A stretch of DNA of 64,000 nucleotides, taken from positions 6,448,001 through 6,512,000 of the forward strand of contig OZ024746.1 in the NCBI GenBank assembly GCA_964016885.1. Reading direction: 5' to 3'. Position 1 is the stretch's first letter; every line of letters begins with the position of its first letter. Shown here piece by piece: positions 27,707 through 43,634 of the stretch. Below the pieces are notes generated by a model. The model ran no database searches. It was not told the origin of the DNA and saw only the letters and a list, made by a program, of their open reading frames with translations. The DNA is from Eledone cirrhosa (Eukaryota). The translations under genes were made by a program, and so were the position numbers.

Positions 27707-27772
27707 TATTTTATTATACATATTTCAAGGGCAACCAAGGCAAATTATGGTGCGCTTTCATCAGATAAAATA
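27707..27772 (-). ncRNA. Type I hammerhead (TATTTTAT family)
   Basis: Minus strand TATTTTAT-CTGATGA-AAGCGCACC...TTGCCCTT-GAAA-TATGTA-TA-ATAAAATA. Confidence 0.7.
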
Positions 27773-27971
27773 CAGATTTGTTTTATAAATAAATATTGAC
27801 ATACCCGGAAAAAAAGAGAACCTTAACGGTTGGAGCTTCCTGGATAGTGGAGATATTACATGTATTGAGGGTGATACAAAGTTATGAATGAGTATGCAAC
27901 TGTTGAGTGCTTTATATCAGTTATAAAAAATGTTTAAGCTTGTTGAATCCCAACAAATTAAATATAACCTC

Positions 27972-28200
<229 letters not shown>

Positions 28201-28536
28201 TACCTGAAGTTGCGACCGATAGATAGTATTAGCAATTGGAAAGACGGATGGAAGCATTGTTTCCTCGGTCCGATTTGACGAAAGGCTGTAAATATAAATA
28301 TATATATATATATAAATAAATAAATATATATATATATATAAATATATATTGTTATACTTGGGGAGGGTCATATTTGCGTAATATTGCCAGAATTAATAAC
28401 AGAACACACTCACTGTTTGGTTGGTTTTCGCTTCTCGCTGTCTTTTATATCTGCGATCTAACTTACTCGGTCCTCAATGTTGCCATTGACTGACCGACGG
28501 TCAAAAATAATACAGATACGATATAAATATATGTAA

Positions 28537-28675
<139 letters not shown>

Positions 28676-28704
28676 CAGATACGATATAAATATATGTAAA
28701 TATA

Positions 28705-28822
<118 letters not shown>

Positions 28823-29003
28823 GAGAGAAAGAGAGAGTGACACACCATTTGATATCTATTAGGAAAATAAGAACAAAAGTAGAAAATGCTAATGGGATTT
28901 TTTATAGAAATTTTGTTTAAGTAATTTATATATGCATATATATAAATTAATAAAATCAATGAAATAAAAACAAAGAACAAGTTCTTTTTATCTTAAAAAT
29001 TTA

Positions 29004-29133
29004 TCATTTTACGATCGTTTCTAGGATGTATATGTGTGTTGGTATGTATATCATATAGATCTATGTAAAAATATTACAAACTATCAGAGGAATTATACAT
29101 ACCTTCACATATATATGCTGTCTTCAGAAATGA
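29004..29133 (-). ncRNA. Type I hammerhead with very long stem II
   Basis: Minus strand TCATTT-CTGAAGA-[long hairpin incl. GGTATGTATA/TATACATACC]-GAAA-CGATCG-TA-AAATGA. Confidence 0.72.
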
Positions 29134-29729
29134 TGAGATTTGTTTATTGAAAAAAACCAACAAAGATTTAATATAAAAGGTCTGTTTGGGAACAGGTTTT
29201 GAATTGACCAATAGAGAAGTAGTTAGAGGTCAAGTTGATAGAATAGTGGTAGTAGAAATTTAATTTAGGGGTAGAGGTGTGCAGACTTATGTTTTGAATG
29301 AAAAGAATACTTTGAATGAAAAGAATACTTTGGGGATGAAAAGAGGTCAAGCCAGTGAAGGGTACCCTTTACTGGCTTGACCTCTTGGATTTCATTGGAT
29401 TTCATTAGTTCAATTCAACCTTGATTAAGAATATATTTGTTAATTGATAAAAGAATATATTTGTTAATTGATATTGCAGCCATCTTGATTAACATTTTTT
29501 TAACACAGAGATTATAGAAATTCATTATTCAATATGGTTTTCTCTTTTAACGGTATAGGTGGTAATAATAGGGTGATTTATAAGATATTTCTAGGAGAGT
29601 ATTCGCCGTTTACTTATGAAGTTATAGTATGATAATCTTAAAGTTTATTGTAGCATTGGACAAACAGTGTTACGGTAATATTTCTGCCGGCGTCTTCTGG
29701 GTTCTACTACTACTTCTTCATGATCATGT

Positions 29730-30260
29730 TCTTCTTCTACTTCTTCTCCTTCTTCGCCCACTTATTCCTGAGGGGGTTGTAGGGGTAGCGTCCTCAAACA
29801 CGCCTTCCATCGGGTCCTGTCAGCAGCAAATGTCTCTGATGCGGCTGGATCCCCAAGCGAGACCATAACTGTTATCCAACCATCTTGTTCAGGGTGGGTC
29901 TATCCATGGGTCTCCTGCCAATTGTCTTTCCAGCGGTAAAATCTTTCCAACGATTCTTTCCTGAAATATTTTAATCATATGTCCTAAGTATCGGAGTTGT
30001 GACCTCTCAATTCGGAGAAGTACCTGGAGTGACTCTCTGATCTCCGATCTGCGCACTATAATGATTAGCGTTACTCCGAAGACCCTTCGTATTCTCTCGA
30101 TCAATACCCAAGATTCATGACCATAGGTAAGGGTTGGCATAAATACTGATTTGAAGATAGCGAATTTGTCTTTTACACCTACCTCCCTTCTTCTGTGAAC
30201 CGAATAATGAAGCTGGCGCGTTTGGAGACCAAGCATGTTTAGATCGTACAGAACGCTAAT
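29730..30260 (-). pseudogene. RTE-like LINE 3' fragment (RT C-terminus plus (GAA)n tail)
   Basis: KFAIFKSVFMPTLTYGHESWVL...RRSEIRESL..IERSQLRYLGHM. Confidence 0.8.
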
Positions 30261-30675
30261 CATTTCTAATATTTTATTAACAAAGTATTAAACAATATAT
30301 TCATTAATCCAAGAAACAGAATGTTAGCATAAAAAGTGAGAATTCCTTGCAGACATTTCTGTCGCCTGAAATGATAGCCTAAAGTGATGTTACGACAGAG
30401 ACAACATATCAGTAGGAATAATAATTAAAATGACAATAGCTGCAAGGCTGCAAACAATAGCTGTAAACATAATAACTGCAATGATATTATCATTATTGAT
30501 GATAGTAACGGCAAACAAAGCCATCGCAGCATACCAGTGAAATGGTAATATAACTTCAAAGAGTAGCAATAGAAGAATAGCAGAAGAAGTAAAAATAACA
30601 TTGAGTACATGAAAAGGCGATGTCACTCAATCAAGGGAGATAAACCACAAAAGTATAAGTGCGTTAGTTTAATAA

Positions 30676-30890
30676 TGATTTCTGAATTTGGCACAAGGCC
30701 AACAATTTTAGGGGAAGGAGAAAGTCGATTAAATCAACTCCACTGTATTACTGGTACTTTATTTTATCGACCCTGTAAGGATGAAAGCCAAAGCTAACCT
30801 CAGCGGGATTAGAATCCAGAACGTAAAGAACCGTAACTCTATGCCACTAAGGTGTTGCCCGATGCTCTACCGATACTGCCAATCCCCACC
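30676..30890 (-). mobile_element. Meta-type SINE
   Basis: CTGGTACTTTATTTTATCGACCC...CTACCGATACTGCCAATCC. Confidence 0.75.
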
Positions 30891-31317
30891 CCCTTCCTCC
30901 CTAGGGATATTCCTAGGATCTATAATAGCAATGTAAAATTCTTCTATTTCTTCTGAGCTGAGGAAACAAAAGATCAATCTCTGTTGTGTGGACATGAAGA
31001 TGTAATAAGGTGTGGGGGAAATGTCACAAAAAACGTCTTTTTATTTTTTTATCTTATTTAATTCCAAACTCAAGAGAATAATCTTCTTTAAATAGGAATT
31101 AAATTAATATGTAAAGATTAAGAGATGGCATCTGTGAAATCTCGAGGAGGAATTTAATATGGAAAATGAAATAGTGATGTATACCAGGACGTTGTATCCC
31201 AGAGATAGACACATTCTTTCCAATAGTATGCAAGATTGTTTTCCATGCCTCAAAAAAAACAAGACATTGATAGTTGGGTGATTATAGCGATCTTAGAAGT
31301 AGGCAATATATATATAT

Positions 31318-31407
<90 letters not shown>

Positions 31408-31412
<5 letters not shown>

Positions 31413-31585
31413 AAGAATGACTTCACTTGTAGTTCTAAATAATTTGATTTAATTTTATATTATAATAATATGAGTTGATTATTATAATATTATAAAATTA
31501 AATCAAATTATTTAGAACTACAAGTGAAGTCATACTTTTCCTTTTTTTCAAATATACCTAACTGTACCAAGGATCTCACACATTT

Positions 31586-31590
<5 letters not shown>
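31408..31590 (+). mobile_element. Microsatellite-inserted element with inverted 5' duplication (homolog at 15963-16072)
   Basis: GAATGACTTCACTTGTAG... / ...CTACAAGTGAAGTCAT hairpin; the 3' end CTGTACCAAGGAT.TCA.ACATTTTCCAA is shared with 16045-16072. Confidence 0.65.
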
Positions 31591-31650
<60 letters not shown>

Positions 31651-33320
31651 AGATGACTCAGTGAATTACTGGTGGTGATACCAAAACAAATACTCTGTGC
31701 ACAAGCAGAATGTATGAGAAAACCTGAGGATGTTTCGTTTACATGCATATGATATTTGGGTAGAGGATTGGCTCAAGTTCACCCATAGGTGTTATGGACC
31801 TCAGACAAAATATATTGTTTGTTGTGATTTGTGAGATGATGGGTATATATAAGTATCGGCCCTATTTTTTGTGTGTGGACATATGAGGGTATTGTAGTGT
31901 AATTGGTGGGGCAGCTTTGCGCGTGTATATCCACACGTATATTCATGTGTGTTAGCTTACATTTGTACTTGTAACCCAGGGCTGATTGTTTTTCATAAAT
32001 TATGTCATACCCTGTCATATTCTCATCTTTTATATTACTAGAAAATATTTCTTTCCAATTAACTAAATTATAATAAAGTAAGGAGTGCGGGACTGCTTCC
32101 AGAATATATATTTTTTTTATCCCGTTTGTAAAATAAGTTGGATTACTTTGAATAAATAATGAATGAATATTACATAATTTATCTACTTAATTTCGTTGTT
32201 CTTGATTAAATATAAATAATTTTGTTATTTTAAGATTCACTTCTTTAAAATTTTCCAATGTCAACACTTCCGGTTAGCGATCGCTTAAATAAACATTCAT
32301 ATATTTCCGTCACTAATTTTTTTCTAATGCAGTTTATATATAATATCGTCTTTTTTAATGTATCATGGATTACGTTACTGATTACATAAGACAGTGTAAC
32401 GCAGTCTTCGTTCAATTTCTGTTGATATTGTCATTTACAATTTTATTTGATGTATCATATCCACATGCATATATACTTGCGTATAATATCAATATACACA
32501 CTACACATGCTAGCAGAAAACCACCCGAAGTGTGGTTTTTCTGCTAGTATTTCTAATTTAATCGCCAACTTGCTCTTATAATTCAGTTATATAGCTTTAT
32601 GTAAGTTATATATAAGTTATATGTAAGTTATATGTAAGTTATATGTAAGTTATATGTAAGTTATATGGCTTTATGTAAGTGCTATCATTCTGAAGCAATA
32701 AACTTATTATTTTCACTATTATTTACATTAAAGTGAAGGTGGTACATCAGCAGGGCCACAGTCTAAGGAAGCAAGTCAACAAATATAACAATAATTTAAC
32801 AATTATTACCAAATCGCTTTTTACTCCATATAATTCCGTATAATCTATCCATTTCAATTATGTTAAACAGAGAGATTGCTTATTTTTTACAATTACGTAT
32901 ATTGTTTAATCGTTCTAGAAATGATTACTGCACACGTATAAAGAGATATTTCAACTGGAATTAATAATTCCTTATGTTTATGAGGACATAATGTTATACA
33001 GTGAAGCTATAAAGTGTATCTAATAACTGAAGGTAGTTATTATATCAATTGTGTAAAACCGGTTCGGTTACTATGTTCAAAGAATATCTGAAGATAATGG
33101 GAAACGATTTCACACACTATCGATGCACTGTTGTGTCTGCAGCCATAGGTAATATTTTAATGAGCTATTATATACGGTCAGATAATTTAGCTAATGATGG
33201 TTCTTGTTTCGGGATTGTGCCAAGAAACAGAATGCGTACTATTGAACAAATACGTATAGTAAGATAGACTTTCAGAAAATTGGTCTATTTTATGGATTTG
33301 AGAAATAGATATTAATTATA

Positions 33321-33550
33321 TGAAGGTCAGCTAAAAAGTCCATAGGCTGACCCTGAAGGTGTAATGCTAGCGCTGTGAAATCTTGTATGCGTTAATTTCA
33401 GTGCCCCTTATTAATATCTGCATTGTTTCTTTCCAGGAACTATGTTGAAAAATAAACCTCACTTGGTCATTCCATGAGAGTATCTTGGTCAGCCTATGAA
33501 CTTTTCGGTCTATGAATATCTCAGCCTATGAACTTTTCAGCCGACCCTCG
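33321..33550. mobile_element. Tc1/mariner-type MITE
   Basis: TIRs TGAAGGTCAGCTAAAAAGTCCATAGGCTGA / TCAGCCTATGAACTTTTCAGCCGACCCTCG with TA on both sides. Confidence 0.75.
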
Positions 33551-36297
33551 TATTTTACTGTTCTATTTTCATCGACGACAAATACTCCTCGTTTCGTAAA
33601 CTTCACTTTAGATCACCGATTGCACCAACCAATGTTACTGACATGTAGGAGATGGTTTATTCTAGATAATACATCTGCCAGTATATAAACTATAAAAGAT
33701 TCAGTTATATATTTCATTTATTTTTAGTGGCTTCAATCGTTGAAAAGAATATTTTTGTTTCATTTACTCATTTGATAAAGTATTTTTATATCAGATATTT
33801 GAAGACATAAAACAACTGAGCTAGGATTAATGATAAGGATTTTAAAATATTTATAATCCAGAATTGTGGTTTACTCATCAACATCATTTGCCCTCAACGG
33901 ATATGATATTGATATCTTACTTTAACACAACTTTTAAGGAATAATAATTGCTTTATTACACTCAATTAGATTCCAGATTATTACACTCAATTAGATTCCA
34001 ATGGAATAACTCTAAATACTGTCAGAGATTTATTTCCACGATGTATCATTTCTACTATTTCACCGCTCCTGGCTATGTTTTGAAATCATAACATTGCACC
34101 CAACCATACACAATATATTTTATACACAATAATTGGCACGAAATGCAACATATGGAGAAGGTGTAGTTGATATAAAAAGCAGCTGTACTAGATTAATATT
34201 TAATATATTGTTAACAGATATATGAGAGAAAACCAGGTGAAAACAAGAAATTAAACTACACCTGCTAAAGACTTAATTATCTTGCTATAACATTCCTGTC
34301 TTTTGCTCCGACGCTGTTGTTTCCGTACATAATACTGATACTTAACATTACTAGACAAATATACCTTTAGGATGAACGTAATCGATAAGATCAACCCAGT
34401 ATTTAATTGGTAATTATTCCTTCGACCCCTAAAGAATAAAATACAAGATTTGAACTATAATGGAAAATACAGTTTATCAAATGATATAGAGTGCCAACTT
34501 TCCGTCAATTCAAACTTGTCGTGCGAAGATTTGTAATATCGGTTTCTTTTCGACGAGCCTCAAAGGAAATGTCAAATTTGACTTTCAATTACTTTCTAAT
34601 GGGGATTAATCAAATAAGCGAAATGATACCGATTTTACTTTGGATAGAAACCTATATATTCACACTGCCAGAAGCTCATAATGCCCTTGAGGTAATCGAT
34701 TGTAAGTCAGGTTTATAAAATAATATGCAATGGAGGTATCGGACAAATTCAGCAGATTGCTAAAGTAAGGAACTAAATTGTCTGATTTCTGAGCGCAAAT
34801 AGATATCTGAACTCAAATAAAGACGTGTGAATTACGCTTTTTGTCCCCTCCTTTATGACAAAAGATATATGATGGATGTAATTTTACCCTTTCCGTGGTA
34901 CCCCCTACTACAACCTCGCATTTCTCCTCACAGATCTCGACGGACGTCTGTATGCGACGGGCTAATGTGGAGATATGCAACGTCCGGTTTGATGACACCG
35001 GATGGTCACAGACCACCTTACACTTTAGATATGGTGGCCCCAGTTTCCGGTTCCCAGTTTCACTGGCCCTGTTGACATTTCTTTCGTCTGTGGCCTATTG
35101 TCGTGACCTCATCAACAGATTTCTCCCCAACACAACTGAAGCTACTGACCTATTGATTTTATGTTGTACATCCTTTTCAATTTTTAAAATTTATTGTTAT
35201 ATTTGGGGAAGATCATGTCCTAATATTGCCAAAAATAGTAAAACACACTCACTACTTGGTTTGGTTTTCGCTTCAGTTTCTGTATATTTTTATATTTTTA
35301 TAAATAATTTAGGTAGTAATCAATGTTTATCATTGATTGACCAACAGTTAAAAATATAAATATATATATAATGTCTAAAAGTTTTTCGTCACACATTTCT
35401 GTGACATCTTCTGTGATTATCGCTGTGTTTCCTCCCGTTTTTAATTGTTGGTCAATTAATGATAAACATTGATTACCACATTATATTACATTATATAAAA
35501 AAATCTGAGGTGTGGAATCTTAGCAATACTAAATGTAAAATTCACTTCATATTGACTAATGCAGTAACGTTCAGTTTCCTCAGTTTCACTGTTTCAATCC
35601 TCCCACTAAATAAATATATTTACATAACTATAACTGTCTCTGGGACATTTCTGCATTATCTATATTCACATATAGAAACGATGTTTTTTTCTCTTCCGTT
35701 GCTTTCAATGTTTTCTAGTTTCACTGTATTATAAACTGATGTACAATTGTCATGTCTACGTGAATGGGAAGAGAGATTCATATATTTACTACGAATATCA
35801 TCTTTACGAAAAGCGAAGCTGTTAAACTAAATCTGTCATGAATAAACACTTTTATTCTCAAAAGTATTTCCAGTCTTTCACTGATTTATAATAATCAATA
35901 TATCTATTAGATTAACTTTACGTTGTGGAAGGAGAATCAATTTTACTTGTTTTCAGTTGTCTTCGGATATCATAAAAAAATTACAAAAGAATTGACAGAC
36001 TTACTATTGAAGGGCTATAGAATTGTTATGAAGGTATGTCCGACAAGACACCAAGCAAATATATTTCGAAAATACTTTAGCTTCCAACGGAAGCAAATAT
36101 TTTAGATTTTCCGTTAATACTGGTTCGTTCACGTTTATTTTCTCAATAGTAGAATCTATTTAGCATCATTGAGTGCCGAAATGTCTACGTTTCTGATCGA
36201 ATTTATATTACTGTGTTGTTGTTTTTATGTTTATTTGGATGTGTTTAAAACATAAGTAAATATAAGGGGATTGGATTATCACGTTCTCTTCCGGTCA

Positions 36298-36740
<443 letters not shown>

Positions 36741-36785
36741 ATATATATACATATATATATACATATATATATACATATATATATA

Positions 36786-36885
36786 TAGGGTATCCCCCAA
36801 AAAATATATACACACTACAACACCATTCTAATAAATATTGCCTGTACAGGTAATCAAAGTGTGTATACATTTTTGGCACACCCTG
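36786..36885. mobile_element. Tiny Tc1-like MITE
   Basis: TIRs TAGGGTATCCCCCAAAAAATATATACAC / GTGTATACATTTTTGGCACACCCTG within TA repeats. Confidence 0.55.
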
Positions 36886-36908
36886 TATATATATATAGAG
36901 AGACATAT

Positions 36909-36978
<70 letters not shown>

Positions 36979-36979
<1 letters not shown>

Positions 36980-37790
36980 CATTTATTTATTAGCCACAAG
37001 GGCACAAAAGAAGGGGACAAATACAAATGGGGAGATTACATACAGGTATATGAAAATAAAACTATTAATACAATAACAAATAACAATTGAAATCCCCAAT
37101 AGGGGGGAGGTGTTACACAGGGGTTGTACACACCCCGAAAAAATGTACAACCCTCATATCCAGGAGCACCAAGAGTGAGTACTCCCTTCCTCTCTTCCTC
37201 TTTTTCGTCAACTTACAGGCTTATATAGGGAGAAGGCCCAACCACTCGGGCCATCTTTGCCACATTCACCCACCTTTTATAAAATTTGCTGGGTACAGAA
37301 CCTCTCTCTCCATCCTGATTCTTCTTCCAAAATGATATTTGATAAAACGAATCAGTTGCTCGCCGGAGAGAAGGGTGTCTGACCTCAGCCCTTTTAACCT
37401 CGTCCACCATATAACCTCTTTCACCATAGCCATAACACATAGGAAAACACCCTCTCCCTCGTTTTTAAAGGAGGGTGGCGGTTTGATCATGACAATGGAC
37501 TCGGTGGTCAACTGGATTGGTCCCACCCGCGACAATAGTCGTTCTACATAGCCCCACAGGTCGGTAACGCCCGGGCAGTGTACAAATGCGTGTGCGATGG
37601 TTTCCTCGTCGCGCACGCATCTCGGACAGATCTTTTTCGAAGGGTCCCTACCCGGGCGCCCGTGTCTGTAGAGCTTGTCTCGAACTGGTAGAGCTCCTCA
37701 GTAGCACTGCCAGGCCAGGGACTTTTGGAAGTTGTCCATTGGTCCCGGTGGAAGGTCCTACCGAACAGACTGGCCAGTTCGTCCTCCTCT
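36979..37790 (-). mobile_element. 5'-truncated L1/Tx1-clade LINE 3' end (zf-RVT region) inside a (GATA)n array
   Basis: ORF 37266-37616 DEETIAHAFVHCP..LWGYVE...MVKEVIWWTR; AATAAA at the 3' end; (GATA)n on both sides. Confidence 0.8.
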
Positions 37791-37831
<41 letters not shown>

Positions 37832-38199
37832 GTAGTAACACAACAGTTAGTTCACCATACCGAGAACAATTGCTTCACCTTGCGGATCTTCAAACTCGTC
37901 CCATGGACTGAGTGCTCTACTACTACTACTACGGATATTTCCCTCCAGTGTTCTACCTTTATATGGCCGGACTGGAAATTTTATTTTACAATTTTAATTC
38001 CACGAAAGCACTATACATATTTCGATGGCCCAGCTTTATCATCCGATTTTGATGCAAGACTAGGCGATTTCATCAGGTGTTATTTGCATAATTACGTAAC
38101 AGAATTACGTTGAACCCAAACATAGAATAGGAGATAGGAGATAGAAGAAAATAGAAGATAGAAGATAGAAAATAGTGGACCGATTGTAAGAGAATAGAA

Positions 38200-38300
38200 T
38201 GAAATTCTTCTGACAGGATCCGCTGGAAGGAATGTTTCAGGACACTGTACCCACGACCCGTATATGAATAACTGGAAGAAGAAGAAGAAGAAGAAGAAGA
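38200..38300 (+). mobile_element. RTE-like LINE 3' tail
   Basis: CTGACAGGATCCGCTGGAAGGAATGTTTCAGGAC...(GAA)n. Confidence 0.6.
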
Positions 38301-38693
38301 CAGTATAATGAACTAAGATTTCGCAGTTATTTTAGCAGGACAGAGAACTGTATGATTATTTCGTTTAAAAATTAAAGCCAAATATGTAATTTCATTCTCT
38401 ATAATAATTTTGTTATCCCCATATACAAACACTATCATAATTTAAATGTGTGAATATCTATTTACCTGTAGCATACGGAAATGTTCTAATATCCATCTAA
38501 TCTAGACAAATATATTTTACAATAGCAATCACTGAGTTCCATTCCTTTATAAAACATTTTTTATGATTATTCTTTTCTTTCCTTCGCGACTTCAACAATT
38601 CTCCGAGTTTTGAAGTTTTGAACGAAGTTTCAAATCCGATGTTTGAAGAATAAATAACTTTATTTTACACAATAGATGCTTTCGTTACTTCTA

Positions 38694-38906
38694 CGAGGGG
38701 GGTGCTGAAAGTGTCCTGGCTTTGGGTAAAAAGAAGTACAGGAGGACCAGATATGATTTTATTCAACATATTCCCCAGATTGACACAGTTATTGCAGTGG
38801 TTCATCAGTTTTTCTAAGCCCTTTAACAAGAACTCGGAAGATTAGGTTACCCAACCAGGCCCCTGTAGTAGCGATCAAGCCAGGTATTTTTCAGCATACT
38901 ATCTTA
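38694..38906. mobile_element. Mariner-type MITE (partial second copy at 40370-40528)
   Basis: TA-CGAGGGGGGTGCTGAAAGTGTCCTGGCTT / AAGCCAGGTATTTTTCAGCA. Confidence 0.65.
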
Positions 38907-40712
38907 CAGTATACAATGTATCTGTGTATGTAACACACCACCGTATATACAATGTATCTCTGTATATGATGTTTAAAGTTGAAATATTTCCTGGGATATC
39001 GTTATTCATCTTTTCTCTTTAGCCCAGCATTCCTCATGGTGCCGCAGGTCTGCCGTTATTGACATACAGCGTTTCTAGAGCATTTTAAACCTGGTGGAGC
39101 CCATCTTTCTCTAAGCCTGACTACAGCAGATTTCTTCCGGAGAAGGATATAAAGTGAGAGAAAGATATAGAGGAAGAATCGATCGCAGTGCTAGACTGGT
39201 ATTTATTTATCAACCTGAAAGGGATGAAAGGCGAAGTATTCACCCTGTATTCGCTCTTCGTCAAAATTTGAATGGATCTGGACGAACTTCAGCTTTACTA
39301 AGGAGTCTTACATGTACAAGCAGGATCGTGCTCATAACGAAACTCTTCAACCAATCATCAGAAGAAACATTATATCTCCCACACATACAATCCAACCATC
39401 TTACATAACCTATATTTCTTATAGTCACTCCATCTCATTCTCTGGAACGTAACATAATAGTTGTTAATTACATAGACCTTCCGATGTGACTTTTATGATG
39501 TAATCATATCTACTTAAGATTATGGGATTTAATAACTGAAAGCTAATGACAAAATATGAAGAGTCATTCTTCGACTGGATATTAGCTGAAATATCTACTT
39601 AGCTCTCCATTTGATGAAATTACGGAATTGTTATAAATATGCTATCAAACAATATAAGTTTGACAATAATAGTAATGAAGGTAAAGAAAATTATAATGGA
39701 TTTAAGCAACGAAAGGAAGTAAAAGCTGCAAAGCTGATGTCTTCAAAATAGTATATAGAAAAGAAAGAAAAACATCGTCTCCGTTCAAAAATGATTATAT
39801 TAGTCTGACATCGAGAGATGCTAATTAAAATCGTCTATCGAATTTCCTCGCAAAGCTCTGTTCTTGAAAGAGTAATCTTGTTTTAGTAAATCTTCGGGTT
39901 TGTTTAAAGGAAAGACATAAAAAGATTATTTACTTCCCTATAATAGAGGAATTTCTTATAAGGTTTGTGAATACTTATGCTAACTAAATGTTCTAACGGC
40001 ACAACATGCTCAATCTCATGCAACGATAACCAGCATAAACTATATAAGAGAAGCTCTGTTATATAGATTATGATAGAATGTAGAACATGGAAGGAATAAA
40101 AGATTTTACAGTACTTTAAAGACATCGAAGAAAAGAATTACGAACCGTATGTTTTCTGAACATTTTTATAATAAACAATATAAAATTAATGAGCATAGAA
40201 AGATTTAGAAATACCGTTATGGTTCAGAGTTGAACAAGTCTAAGAAACAGAATCTTAACTCCCACTAAAAAATATCGTAGACGTAATGAAATAGTTCTTC
40301 TGAACCTAAGCTAAAATAGGTTAACAGTTACTGGAAATTTTCATGAATGTTTCAAAAGCCGCTACTTGATTATGATTTTATTCAACATATTCTTCTCTCA
40401 GATTCACACACTTATTGCAGCGGCCCTTCAGTTTTTCTAAGCCCTGTCAAAAGAACTCAGAAGGTTGGGCCTCCAACCAGGCCTCTGTAGCAGCGATCAA
40501 ACCAGGAACTTTTCAGCACCAGCTCGTATGCATGTATGTATGTATGCACACACACACATATATATGTGTGTGTGTGTGTATGTTTGTGTGTCTCTGTATG
40601 TGTATGCACGTATTTATATATGCATGCATACAAACATACATACATATGTAAATACACATAAGTTTATACATTACATATATATATGTGTGTATGTGTGTTT
40701 GTGTGTGTGTGA

Positions 40713-40836
<124 letters not shown>

Positions 40837-41689
40837 TTTTGTGTGTGTGTGATTTGTGTCTGTGTGTGTATGCACGTATTTATATATGCATGCATACAAA
40901 CATACATATATAAATACGTATAAGTTTATACATACATATATATGTGTGTGTGTGTTTGTGTGTCCCTGTGTGTGTATGCACGTATTTATATGCATGCATA
41001 CAAACATACATACATACATATATATAAATACACATAAGTTTATACATATACATATATGACTTCGTTGAAGATAACCAAAATGTTACAGTCGTTCTGAAAG
41101 TAGTTTTCAGTTATATCAGCAATAAAATAAATAATGTATCAACAGATTATTTTCTCCTGTAAAATCATTAATATTTTGACTTTTTCTTTACAATACTGCA
41201 ATGTTTACTATTGAAGTTTAGTAGGAAATCTAAAACAATGTAGAATAGCAATAATTGTACTGTTATATTTTTTATGAGGCATCGCTATATTTTGTATAAT
41301 TATGAGCTTGTGGACTGATAAACTCGATTTTATTTTTACTTTCAATTTTCAACATCTGGTTTTTGAAACAATAATTAATTTGCCTCCAAGATCTGGTTAT
41401 CCGGATTTACACATTTATTGGCACAAGGTGAGATTTTGTAAAGGAGAATTATATGTCATTGAATAGCACCCACTATAGTCATCATCATCATCATCATCAT
41501 TATAATAATTGTAGTTATCGTCGCCGTACATAATTTGCCAACTCTCCCATCTCACCTTCAACAACTACGTGGATCTCTATCCGTCAGTCGTCACCTTGTA
41601 CATAGATATAGCTATGTACATCTACTGCCGTTTGTGCCACATGGAGTGTCTCCTTACATTTACTCTTCTTAATATGTCTTGTGATGTTT

Positions 41690-41905
41690 GAGCGGTAGAT
41701 TGACAGCAATCGGTAGAGCGTCGGACAATATGCTTTGTGGCATAAGATTGCGCCCCTTTACAGTCTTAGTTCAAGACCTACCGAGGTTAGGTTTGCCTTT
41801 CATCTTTACAGGGTCGATAAAATAAAGTACCAGTCATACTGGAGCCAATTTAATCGTCCCCTTCCCTAAAAACATTGTTGGCCTTGTGTCTTAAATCAGA
41901 AACCA
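41690..41905 (+). mobile_element. Meta-type SINE
   Basis: GCGGTAGATTGACAGCAATCGGTAGAGCGTCGGAC...GTCGATAAAATAAAGTACCAG. Confidence 0.75.
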
Positions 41906-43634
41906 GTATGTCTTGTAAAATACTTTTTCTGTCTCTTTACTGATTCATAACATATGTCGCTACTTCTTTCTCGTGTTCTTCCATTCCGTATCTTTATTTA
42001 TTCAATCTATAAGCCATCGATGCTATCACTCACTGATCAAACATTCTCTCGTTCAACTTTAGCGTCATCTCAACTTTCATGATTTTCTCTCAATTTACCA
42101 AAATATCCCGCTTCCTGTTGCCTCTCTATTTCCTCTCGGTGTCTCTATTTCACGTTTAACCGTTTTCTAACATAAATATATTCATCATTTGTTGTCAAGG
42201 TTAATCTTGATGACTTTACTTGCTGCGTGGTTGTTGAACGTGGCTTGTGTTTTCTTCATATATATATTGTACTGTATCATAGCAACAATTACAAAATGTA
42301 CGTTGGTTTATAGGGACTACATAGAGAGCAGCAGGCGATAGCAACAATTGGCACTAGTTTGGTGAGGCCCTCACTTTTAATGGGCAGATAATGGTGATGA
42401 TGATGATAGTCATGATAATGATGGTAATGATGATGCTCATGATAATGATGATAGTGATGATGATCATCATCTTCATGATGATGATGGTGGTGATAGTGAT
42501 GATGATGGTGATACTGGTGATAGTGATGATGATGGTGATCGTATTTTATTAGGTGAAGTGTTGTTATTGTCATGATTGATTCACACAACACCAGGGTGAA
42601 TATATACATTTATTATCAAATATCCGGGAGTGAAAGATGAGCTTGATATTGATGCTTATCTGAACATGATGATGACAAGGAAGAAAGCAATGGTAATAGC
42701 AATATTTTATTTTGATAATGGACACGTATTCTGACTGTCTACCATACAACCGACTTCTTCCCTGGCGATCAAATGCCTTCTTGTTTGTTAATGTTGAAGA
42801 AAGAGCCATAAATCCCTACCTGGGCCGATTCTAAAGATGAGATTCGTCATGATATCCCATCTAAAATGGCGAGAGATTTGAAACACTGTCTGTATGTTTC
42901 CGGCTTTCCTCTCTTATATTTTCTCTTTCAATTTATTATATTGATGTATGATTAGTTTCACTTAAATCTATAATCTTCTCTCTGTTATTGATTCACTTTT
43001 TCATACAACAAAATCATTTGTAGTAGTCGTTTTTAAATTTTCCTCCTCCGGCGTTGTGTATTTTGGAAATTATCTTTAACATACGTCAGTTTTCTGTATT
43101 TATTCTTCGATCATTTTGTTTAAATCTAACTTTCGAGTTTTAAGTAATTGGCTTTTTCTTAGAGTAGATTCCATGCATTTGTGTAATCTCTTAAGAATTT
43201 GATATCGCGATTAAATGTTAAGATGTTTGCATCACGATAATGAGATTCCGGGTTCAATCCTACAGCATGGTATTTTAGTCAAATATCGTTTCTCGTAGCC
43301 TCGGGATTGTGAGTGAAATTGTATAGTCAGTCTTATCATAGACTGTGTCATAATGAATTGCCATGATAATTATGTTTAGAGTACACATGTCTGTGTTATC
43401 GTCTTATACGTTACTTTAATGGGTAAACCCTTCCTTTGATAGAAAAGCTAGGATAACCATCGTTGAAAATGACAGAAATATATTTTGTAATGTTAGTAAA
43501 TCTATAACCAGCATTTAGTAGGTTCTATAGACGTGTTTTGACTCGTACTAACCTTTAAATCTTATATTTAGAAGTGTTTTCTTATTATGTGTTTATACCA
43601 TTAGTCACCATTGATGGTCAGTTTCAACAGATTA

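Noticed and set aside
34813-35359. Overlapping 67-154 aa ORFs
   Set aside because: No recognisable domain; the 3' half runs through a family B repeat.
42289-42609. His-rich ORF
   Set aside because: Degenerate (ATG/GAT)n microsatellite.
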